DNA of 64,000 nt from Vicinamibacterales bacterium (GTDB lineage: Bacteria > Acidobacteriota > Vicinamibacteria > Vicinamibacterales > UBA8438). The notes beneath the pieces are model-generated. The model was not told where the DNA came from and did not search any database. It saw only the letters and a list, made by a program, of their open reading frames with translations. Each line of letters starts with the position of its first letter. Position 1 is the stretch's first letter. Of the stretch, positions 27,445-35,054 are shown piece after piece. Location of the stretch: contig OZ250139.1 in NCBI GenBank assembly GCA_965237405.1, positions 771,820-835,819 on the forward strand. The letters are read 5' to 3'. The translations under genes and the position numbers were made by a program.

Positions 27445-28545
27445 ATGGATTATCGATGTTTCAGGTATTCAGTCTGCGTGGTTTCGACGCTGGTCACCGT
27501 TGGATGGTGGGCGTCAGCTGTTACCTTGGTGCAAGCGCAGATACCCGCAGAGGGGTCCGCGCCATTTCTGACTTCGTGGGGCGACCCGGACTTTCAGGGA
27601 ATCTGGGACAATCGTACTATTACTCCCCTGGAGCGACCGCAAGAGTTTTCCAACAAAGCCGTGTTAACGGCCGAGGAAGCGGCCGTGTATGAGGCCGCGA
27701 TCGCCGAACGTCGAGTCGACGATCGCTCACACTGGGATCGTGGAACTCGAGTCGTCGAGGATCGCCGGACCTCGCTAGTTATTGACCCATCGAACGGAGC
27801 CATACCTGCCATGACCGCTGAGGGACAGAGCAGGCTCGACTTCTCGCGAGAGCAGGGTGTCAACGGCCCAGAGGAGCGAAACCCGTCCGAACGGTGCATC
27901 ACCCGGTCGGTGCCGCGTTTGCCCGGCCTCTACAACAATAATTTCCAGGTCTTCCAGTCGCCTGGTTATGTAGTAATTCTCATGGAGATGATTCACCACG
28001 CGCGAATCATTCCGCTGGACGGGCGACCGCCGCTTATGTCGCACGTTCGCCAGTGGAATGGTGACTCACGGGGGCACTGGGAAGGTCAGACGCTTGTTGT
28101 TGAAACAACTAATTTTAACGGGGGAACAAAATTTCGGGGGTCTGCCGAAAATCTGGATCTAGTCGAGCGGTTCACGCGAGTCGACGCAGACACGATCGAC
28201 TACCGCTTCACTGTCGATGATCGGACGACGTGGACTCAATCGTGGACTGCGCGGATTCCGTTGAATCGAAATGAGGGGCCGTTGTACGAGTACGCGTGTC
28301 ATGAACGGAACGATGGCATGACAGGCATCCTCGAGGTAAATCGCAACGTTGAGAGGGGCACACCCGCCGTTGCAGCCACGAAGTCAACCTTGCGCCGGCA
28401 GCGCAAACACGAACAAGTTGCTCCCAAAGCTCGGGCGGAGTTCCGGTGTCAGACGGAGGTGGACCGTTGCGCCGATGCCGGTATTGACCGCCACGTACTG
28501 GCGTCCGTCGACGGCGTAGCTGATCGGATAGCCGACAACCGGTGA
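27445..28545 (+). CDS. Exported protein, unnamed family, paralog D; motif-degenerate and extended ~60 codons past the family C-terminus (possibly decaying)
   Basis: GGGGAGG precedes ATG 27445. SWGDPDFQGIW, RRTSLVIDPSNGAIP, SERC, VRQWNGDSRGHWEGQTLVVETTNF and ERFTRVDADTIDYRFTV, but the terminal motif is YEYACHERNDGM (G->R, Y->D, S->G). The ORF then runs antisense into the PQQ gene to 28545. Confidence 0.65.
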   Translation: MDYRCFRYSVCVVSTLVTVGWWASAVTLVQAQIPAEGSAPFLTSWGDPDFQGIWDNRTITPLERPQEFSNKAVLTAEEAAVYEAAIAERRVDDRSHWDRGTRVVEDRRTSLVIDPSNGAIPAMTAEGQSRLDFSREQGVNGPEERNPSERCITRSVPRLPGLYNNNFQVFQSPGYVVILMEMIHHARIIPLDGRPPLMSHVRQWNGDSRGHWEGQTLVVETTNFNGGTKFRGSAENLDLVERFTRVDADTIDYRFTVDDRTTWTQSWTARIPLNRNEGPLYEYACHERNDGMTGILEVNRNVERGTPAVAATKSTLRRQRKHEQVAPKARAEFRCQTEVDRCADAGIDRHVLASVDGVADRIADNR

Positions 28546-30222
28546 TCCAAGGTTGACCTCCCAGAGGATCGCCCCAGTTTCCTGATCAAAGGCGCGAAAT
28601 CGCCCGTTCACGTCCCCGCCGAACACCAGCCCACCGCCGGTCGTCGCCAGTGACTGGGTCGCCGCCCGCTGCTCGTAGAGCCACTTTCTCTCGCCCGTCT
28701 CCACCGAGATGGCGTGCACGCTTCCGAGCTGGTCGGTCCCTGGTGCCAGTTGGTGACGCATCGCCAGCGCGTAGTGTGGATGGGACGCCTCATCCGAGAC
28801 CGACGCCAGCATGCGGGAGCAGTCGTTGCGCAGTGGAAAATACATCGTGTGGGTCAGCGGGCTGTAAGCGCCCGCCATCCAGTCCTTGCCGCGGAAGGGG
28901 CAGACTAGAACTTGCTGTCCCATTGCACTGAAGACGACTTCTGGATTCTCGGTGACTGCACCGGTCGCGCCGTCGATGTGGTTGATCACGTTCTGTGCAA
29001 TCGTTGGCGTCGCCCAGAGAAACTCGCCCGTCTCGCGGTCGAGCGTATAGACGACGCCGGTCTTACCCGGGATACCGGTGACCACCTTCCGGACCTCGCC
29101 CGGCTGGATCCGCGGATTGATCCAGTTCACCGCGTCGGGGTTCGGCGCGACGGCGGTGTCGATAAGAAGACGCTCGAAGGGATGGTCGAGGTCCCAGTGA
29201 TCGTTGAGGTGCTGGTAGTACCACCGAATCTCACCGGTGTCGGCATCGAGGGCGAGTGTGCAGTTATGGTAAAGGTGCTTCTGGTCGGGACCGGCGAGCA
29301 AAAACTTCGGCGCCGGTGAAGTGACCGACGTGCCAATGTAGATCAAGTTCAGCTCAGGGTCGTAGCTGGGCACCATCCAGGTACCGACATGTTTCCGTTC
29401 TTCGTACGGCACGTCGCCCCACGTCTCGTCACCCGGCTCGCCCGGGGCCGGCATCGTCCGCCGGCGCCACAGCTCTTCACCCGTCTTCGCGTCGTGGGCC
29501 GTAATCACGCACGCCTCCGGTCCACCGCGTGGGCGACGGTTGGACGAAAATCCGGTTTCGTCAAACCCCGCGCGTTGACGAGCTCCCGATTGATAGCAGC
29601 TGCGGCCAGAGATGACCTTCCCGTTGGCGATGATTGGGCCCGAACTCTGCGTAGCCGGGTTGACCTGGTAATCGAGGACCTGGGTCTCCCACACGAGCTT
29701 CCCAGTCTCGGCATCGAGCGCAAAGACGTAGTCGTCGGCGCTCGTGTTAATGATCAGACGGTCGAAGATCGCAATGTTCCGGTTGTTGCGGCCGTTGCCC
29801 CCCACGATCTCGTAGATACCATCCGGCAGGTCGCGACGATACTCCCACTTGAGGTCACCCGTCACGGCATCGATCGCCTGAATGACATCCTCTGTCTGGG
29901 GCACGTACAGGACGCCGTTGTAGGCCAGCGGCGTCACCTCCTGCGTGCCGGTCGTCAGGGCTCGCGACCACGTCATTCGAAGCGTACCGACGTTCTCCCG
30001 AGTAATCTGGTCCAGCGGGCTGTAGCCCCAGCTGTCGAGCGTTCGGCGCCACATGAGCCAGTCGGCGGGCGCAGGATCCTGCAGCGTCGCGTCCGTGACA
30101 GGGACGAAGTCGGACAACGGTTGTGCAAGTAGGGCGCCGGAGACTGGTGCCAGCGACAGCACGACCGCGATCGCAATCACCAAGGGGAGGACGGGCGCTT
30201 CGACCAGGCGGTTCTGAAACAT
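28384..30222 (-). CDS. PQQ-dependent beta-propeller dehydrogenase, exported, copy 2 (close paralog of 9843..11624)
   Basis: ORF 28384..30321. The likely start is MFQNRLVEAP (ATG 30222, with GAGGA upstream). Long identical blocks with copy 1, for example WLMWRRTLDSWGYSPLDQITRENV, RWYYQHLNDHWDLDHPFER, GIPGKTGVVYTLDRETGEFLWATPT and ISYAVDGRQYVAV. Confidence 0.85.
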   Translation of the reverse strand: MFQNRLVEAPVLPLVIAIAVVLSLAPVSGALLAQPLSDFVPVTDATLQDPAPADWLMWRRTLDSWGYSPLDQITRENVGTLRMTWSRALTTGTQEVTPLAYNGVLYVPQTEDVIQAIDAVTGDLKWEYRRDLPDGIYEIVGGNGRNNRNIAIFDRLIINTSADDYVFALDAETGKLVWETQVLDYQVNPATQSSGPIIANGKVISGRSCYQSGARQRAGFDETGFSSNRRPRGGPEACVITAHDAKTGEELWRRRTMPAPGEPGDETWGDVPYEERKHVGTWMVPSYDPELNLIYIGTSVTSPAPKFLLAGPDQKHLYHNCTLALDADTGEIRWYYQHLNDHWDLDHPFERLLIDTAVAPNPDAVNWINPRIQPGEVRKVVTGIPGKTGVVYTLDRETGEFLWATPTIAQNVINHIDGATGAVTENPEVVFSAMGQQVLVCPFRGKDWMAGAYSPLTHTMYFPLRNDCSRMLASVSDEASHPHYALAMRHQLAPGTDQLGSVHAISVETGERKWLYEQRAATQSLATTGGGLVFGGDVNGRFRAFDQETGAILWEVNLGSPVVGYPISYAVDGRQYVAVNTGIGATVHLRLTPELRPSFGSNLFVFALPAQG

Positions 30223-30373
30223 ACTCGGGGTCCTCAACCTGCGCTTCGAGCCCTGTCCGGGCAAGATGGTGAGAGGATTATAGGTCCGATGACCGCAGGG
30301 GTTGGGGCCAGGACTCGACATATTTACGATTCGGCGGTATTCTCGACCGACGGTGGCGGTGAAGGCGGGCTCA

Positions 30374-30898
30374 ATGTGGCTGTCGCGACGGGCGATGTTA
30401 CGGTGCAGTGTTGTGTTGCTCGGTGTGACACGGACGTTGTGGGCATCGACGGCGTTGCCAGCAATCTCTTATCGCGACCTGACACGTCCGGTGACGGTTC
30501 CGCTCGGTGACGTTTCCGAGCGGTGGCAATTCGTGGAATTCGACGCCTGGGCGGTCGACGCGTCGGGGGGCGATCTGCTTCTGAAGGGAGTGCTGGTACG
30601 CACGCAGCTCGCGGATGATCCAGCCGATGGATTGGTGGCGTTCTGTTTGGCATGCCCCCATGAGATCTGCTATGTGGGTCTGGTCGAGGATTCCAGTGCA
30701 GTCGAGCTTGACGTGCAAGGGCCAGATCACCCGTTGTTTGTCTGTCCGTGCCACTTCAGTGCGTTCGACCCATGCGCGGAGGGAGAGCGCCTTGGCGGTC
30801 CGACGCCGCGCGGGCTTTTTCGCTTTCGCGTCGAGTTGGCGGGAATGAATGTTCGCATTGCACAGGTCGAGGAGGCCGTGCTCCAATTCTTGGCGTGA
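30374..30898 (+). CDS. Tat-exported Rieske [2Fe-2S] domain protein
   Basis: Likely start MWLSRRAMLRCSVVLLG (twin-arginine-like). Cluster ligands ACPHEIC ... VCPCHFSAF (CxH ... CxxH). Confidence 0.7.
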   Translation: MWLSRRAMLRCSVVLLGVTRTLWASTALPAISYRDLTRPVTVPLGDVSERWQFVEFDAWAVDASGGDLLLKGVLVRTQLADDPADGLVAFCLACPHEICYVGLVEDSSAVELDVQGPDHPLFVCPCHFSAFDPCAEGERLGGPTPRGLFRFRVELAGMNVRIAQVEEAVLQFLA

Positions 30899-30919
30899 CA
30901 CTCGTTTGACTGAGGAGGC

Positions 30920-31936
30920 TTGATGAATACCCGAACCCTGTTTGCTCTTGTCGTTATCCTAGCTGTGTCATCGGTAATGGCCACCGTGGTGGCGGAAAAT
31001 GGACAGCAGCAGAAGCTCTACGTGTTAAGTAGCGGGAGCAACGACGCCATTATCATCGACGTCGCCACTAATGAGATTATTGGGTCGATCGAGGTTGGCG
31101 GCTGGCCCCATGGTGTGGCCATTCCCGAGAGTAACGACGTGGTGTACTTCGTGACCGAGGCCGACAATAAGTTGGTCATCGTTGATCCGGTCACCGACAA
31201 GATTCTCGGCAAGTATCCGATTGGCGACACGCCGAACGAGCTCGACGTAACGCCAGACGGCCGGTTCTTGTATATCCCGGCCAGGAGCGACGGCGTGTAC
31301 GAGGTGTTCGACACCGTCAAGAAAGAGATCGTTGCCCGCATTCCAACGAAGGGGCTTCCACACAATGCCGTAGTGTCACCTGACGGCCGATTCATGTATC
31401 TGTCGCCGCAGGGTGACAACGATTTGATCTATGTTGCCGATACTCGGACGCATACGATCACGGCAACGATCAACACTGAACACGGGCCCCGGCCGATCGC
31501 GATCAGCCCAGACGGTAAGTGGCTCTATGTTAATACCGACGAGCTCCTCGGCTTCAAGGTGCTTGATCTGGAGAAGAACGAGGTCGCATCAACGGCTTAC
31601 TACGGATTAACGGACAAGGAGAAGGCAGAACGGAGCCGATCACACGGTGTCGTCGCGACGCCGGATGGCAAGGAGGTCTGGTCGTCGGACGTCAATCACG
31701 AGTTGGTATTCGTCTTTGATGTAACACAGAACCCACCGAAGCAGATCGCGAGGTTCGAGAACCCTGGCGATCCTTACTGGTTGACAGTGACACCAGACGG
31801 GAAAACGGTGTACGTCGCCAGTGCGACTGACGACACGGTAACCGCCTACGATGTTGCCTCCAAGAAGCAGGTCGCGGTCATTCAGTTGCCTAGGGGTAAG
31901 GCGCCGAAGCGGATGCAGATCGTTACGCTTCCGTAA
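30920..31936 (+). CDS. Exported YVTN/YncE-type seven-bladed beta-propeller protein
   Basis: Signal peptide. Repeated blades KLYVLSSGSNDAIIIDVATNEIIGSIEVGGWPHGVAI, VYFVTEADNKLVIVDPVTDKI, PDGRFLYIP, PDGRFMYLS, PDGKWLYVN and PDGKTVYVAS. Confidence 0.75.
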   Translation: MMNTRTLFALVVILAVSSVMATVVAENGQQQKLYVLSSGSNDAIIIDVATNEIIGSIEVGGWPHGVAIPESNDVVYFVTEADNKLVIVDPVTDKILGKYPIGDTPNELDVTPDGRFLYIPARSDGVYEVFDTVKKEIVARIPTKGLPHNAVVSPDGRFMYLSPQGDNDLIYVADTRTHTITATINTEHGPRPIAISPDGKWLYVNTDELLGFKVLDLEKNEVASTAYYGLTDKEKAERSRSHGVVATPDGKEVWSSDVNHELVFVFDVTQNPPKQIARFENPGDPYWLTVTPDGKTVYVASATDDTVTAYDVASKKQVAVIQLPRGKAPKRMQIVTLP

Positions 31937-32324
31937 CACTCGACCGGTTAGCAGTGAGCTGACTAACCGCAGCGGTTATAGAGGCACTGACCGGGGCGTA
32001 GTTGTCACGGCGCAGCTACCGGTCCGGCGTGCCGTAACCTCCTAGTCACCGGATGCGTGGGACGTTGCTATAGACCACCGGCCGACCTCTACGGCGGAGT
32101 CCTTAACGCCGGTTCCGTCACGGGTGCTCCGTGCGGTCTACGCTGCGAGGTTGCAGTTGCCGTTGTAGTGCACTTTCCGGCGTAAGCGTTACGAAGGGGC
32201 GATGGCGTGAGCCGCCGAGGCACGCGGACCCCAGTCCAGTGTTTATCCGGTTGCTGATATCGTAGATAGCTCGGACTGCGCCGCCCGGTTACGGCCGGAT
32301 GACGGCGCGGACGAGAAACGAACT

Positions 32325-33110
32325 ATGACGGAGCTTGAGGAGATGGAAGGCCGGTCTGCACTTTCGGGGAGCGGCGCGGAGGACGAGAACGCTTCGGAGG
32401 TAGACCGTGCCGTCGCCATGACTCTCCAAGTCGGCACCAGCATCGTCTTGTTGTCGACTCTCTGGTTCCTGACCGGTCTACCGGTCGCTCCTACGCTGAT
32501 CACGGACTCGTCGTCGGACCGCCCGTTGGGAGCGGTGGGTTCGCTAACGGCGCGGTCTAGCCAGCCCACCGCTCAGCCCCCCCTTGGGAATAGCAACGGA
32601 CTTGACGACGTCGGCGCCAATACAACCGGGAGAGCCGCAGCCCCTGCGCTTGCACTCGTGCCGACCGTACATCCCGTTTCCGGCGGGTCTGACCGGGGCA
32701 GAGCTGATTCATTAGCGCTGGTGTCGGAGAGTCAGGCCGCTCCGATAACAGACCCGTTGTCTGCCGTTGCTGATGCGGAAGTTTGCAGCGAACTGGTCAC
32801 GCATGGCGCGGATGGTACACGGTTGTCGGAATGGCAATGCGACCCGGTAGTCGACGGTGCGTCTCCGGAGCGATTCTTCTTCTACATGCGCGTTCGGTCG
32901 CGAACGGACACAACCGTCGAGCATCGCTGGTATCGAGCCGGCGTGCTCGATCAAGTGGTTCATCTCGACATCGCCGCCAATAACGGGCCCGGGTATCGCA
33001 CATACAGCGTGCGCACCGTGTCGCCCATCGATAGCGGTAGGTGGCGCGTTGAGGCTTGGGCCAACGATGGGAAGTTGTTGCTCTACGCCGAAGATTTCGT
33101 CGGCGGCTAA
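32325..33110 (+). CDS. Membrane-anchored protein with DUF2914-like C-terminal domain
   Basis: One TM helix (VGTSIVLLSTLWFLTGLPVAP). The C-terminus FFFYMRVRS...VEHRWYRAGV...GYRTYSVRTVSP..SGRWRVEAWANDG resembles DUF2914, as I recall it. Confidence 0.45.
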   Translation: MTELEEMEGRSALSGSGAEDENASEVDRAVAMTLQVGTSIVLLSTLWFLTGLPVAPTLITDSSSDRPLGAVGSLTARSSQPTAQPPLGNSNGLDDVGANTTGRAAAPALALVPTVHPVSGGSDRGRADSLALVSESQAAPITDPLSAVADAEVCSELVTHGADGTRLSEWQCDPVVDGASPERFFFYMRVRSRTDTTVEHRWYRAGVLDQVVHLDIAANNGPGYRTYSVRTVSPIDSGRWRVEAWANDGKLLLYAEDFVGG

Positions 33111-33142
33111 GGTGGCGATCTTGCGCCTAGGCCTGACCGCTT

Positions 33143-34105
33143 TCATCCGCGCGTGCGGCGAAGCACAAGGGCTACGCCAACCACTACGAGCGCTGAGGCT
33201 GTCGCAAACCGCCAGTTGATCCGTTCGCCACCTGAGAGTGCGGACACCGCCGTGGCGATGAGCGGCTGCAGAAAGACGAAGAAGCCTACGACCGACGAGT
33301 CGGTATGGCGCAGCGCGAACGCGTTGAGTGCGTATGCGCCCACGGTCGCGCCCAAGACGGTGTAGGCCATCGCGCCCCACGCCCACCACGGCAGCGCCAA
33401 CCAGTCCACGCTGGGGATGCGCCAGCCCACGACCACGAGGATGCCCAGGGTGCCGAAGGCAAAAAGAACAGCTGTGCCGGCGTACGGGTGAATCCGGCGA
33501 TAGAGTGGCCGCGACACAACGAGGAAACAGCCGAACGACAAGGCGTTCACGAGCGTGATTGCATTGCCCGTTTGCCAGGCAGTCTCCAGTTCGCCGGTAA
33601 GCATGACCGCCAGACCACCTGCCGCTACCGCGACGCCGCACGCCCGCGCTAGGTTCGGGCGCTCAGACCCCAGCAGCCAGGCGAACACGAGCGCCGTTAC
33701 TGGGATTGTGGTGTTGATCAGGGCGGAGTAGCCGGGGGTGGTGAAGCTGAGCCCAACCGAGAAGGAGATCTGATTGATGACGACGCCCAGCACCGCAGCG
33801 CCCGCGAGGCCCCAGAGATCGCGCCGCGCGTGAGGGAAGGGACAACCGAACCCGCGCGCGGTGACAAGGAGGACTAGGGTGGCGCAGACGGCACGCACGG
33901 CAGCCCAGGCACCCGGATCGAGACCAGCGTTGAAGGCCGACTTGATGAACGGGTAGTGCATACCGAACAGGACCTGGACGGCAAGTAGCGCGCCGATGAC
34001 TGTGCCCCGCGACGGGGTGCGTGGCATCGCCGCTCTCGAGGCCGCACGGACACCCGCTCCATGTCCGGTGCTGCGGCACGCCGGCTCGTTCGTCGGGATG
34101 ATCAT
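33143..34105 (-). CDS. EamA/DMT-superfamily transporter
   Basis: About ten hydrophobic helices in two EamA-like halves. The true start is probably internal (MPRTPSRGTVIGALLAVQVLFG, about 34027). Confidence 0.7.
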   Translation of the reverse strand: MIIPTNEPACRSTGHGAGVRAASRAAMPRTPSRGTVIGALLAVQVLFGMHYPFIKSAFNAGLDPGAWAAVRAVCATLVLLVTARGFGCPFPHARRDLWGLAGAAVLGVVINQISFSVGLSFTTPGYSALINTTIPVTALVFAWLLGSERPNLARACGVAVAAGGLAVMLTGELETAWQTGNAITLVNALSFGCFLVVSRPLYRRIHPYAGTAVLFAFGTLGILVVVGWRIPSVDWLALPWWAWGAMAYTVLGATVGAYALNAFALRHTDSSVVGFFVFLQPLIATAVSALSGGERINWRFATASALVVVGVALVLRRTRG

Positions 34106-34237
34106 GACTCGAGTCGGCCAAGCGTAAAGGGTCTGGAAACGCTACTCCGGCAGCGCGAACGTCACGAGCATGTTGTTGCCGCTTGGCGCCTCGAGTGGGG
34201 AAAAATCGTACCGGGGCTGAAGGCGCTACACGTGTTA

Positions 34238-34864
34238 CTAGTGCACCATCAATGATGCGCTCGCGGCCATCTGGCCCCACTCAAAGCCGAACTGCCCGTC
34301 TGTAATCGAGATCACGAGCTGTTCCACCGGAGGGTTGAGATCGGTGACCTCCATGGGGATGTGTGCGAAGTCGTGCTCGGAGTTGTAGGAAGTGCCCCAC
34401 TGACCGGTTTCGGTGTTGACGATTAAGTGAAACTCGTCGTTCATGTGTTGGGTCCACAGCGTGTACTCACCAGCGGGAATATGCGTGCCACCGACCATTA
34501 AGTCCTTGTCGGTGACCAACGTTGTGGCCTCGTCCGCCCCCAAGCGCCAAACGTGGTCGCTCATCGGCTCAACGCTGTCGCCCACCACGCGATCCTTGAG
34601 GTACGGTCGCCCATACGTGACCGAGATGCTTGCGCCATCCACCATCCACGCGACCTCCACGTGCGGGCTGCCACCGGCACCGGGATGAATCTCGGTCGCA
34701 GTTCCGCTCCCGAGCAGAACCTCTTCCGCCGACTCGGGTGCCGGTTCCTGGACCATCGGCTCCTCGGCGGGCTCGCTGTTTAAAGCGTCGCTGCCTCCGC
34801 ACGCCACATCGACCATGATCATCGCAAATGTCGTCAAGACGGCGAATAGTCCACGGATCTGCAT
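34238..34864 (-). CDS. Exported DUF2911-family protein
   Basis: Likely start MQIRGLFAVLTTFAMIMV. SVTYGRPYLKDR, WRLGADEATTLVTDKDLMVGGTHIPAGEYTLW and HLIVN match the DUF2911 pattern from memory. Confidence 0.5.
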   Translation of the reverse strand: MQIRGLFAVLTTFAMIMVDVACGGSDALNSEPAEEPMVQEPAPESAEEVLLGSGTATEIHPGAGGSPHVEVAWMVDGASISVTYGRPYLKDRVVGDSVEPMSDHVWRLGADEATTLVTDKDLMVGGTHIPAGEYTLWTQHMNDEFHLIVNTETGQWGTSYNSEHDFAHIPMEVTDLNPPVEQLVISITDGQFGFEWGQMAASASLMVH

Positions 34865-35054
34865 GGATGGTTTCTCCTTCCGACACCGACTATAACAGAA
34901 CCCATCGCGAGTCCAGCAGTCCATATGGACTGATCGCTAAAGGACGCTCTTTCCGAGCGCGAACAGGACTAGCTTGACGCCGAGTTCCGCGGTCATGTTG
35001 CGCGTATTGAGGCTCAACGAGACGTGGATGGTCGGACGTTGTTTAAGGAAGCCA

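Noticed and set aside
28363-28545. The C-terminal ~60-aa extension of paralog D, considered as a genuine extra domain.
   Set aside because: It is absent from three paralogs, is basic and low in complexity, and is entirely antisense to a conserved part of the PQQ gene. It is better explained by a lost stop codon.
32712-33641. 309-aa minus-strand ORF spanning the end of the DUF2914-like gene and part of the EamA transporter region.
   Set aside because: It is Arg/Gly/His-rich and low in complexity. It overlaps two better-supported genes in other frames, so it is treated as a GC artefact.
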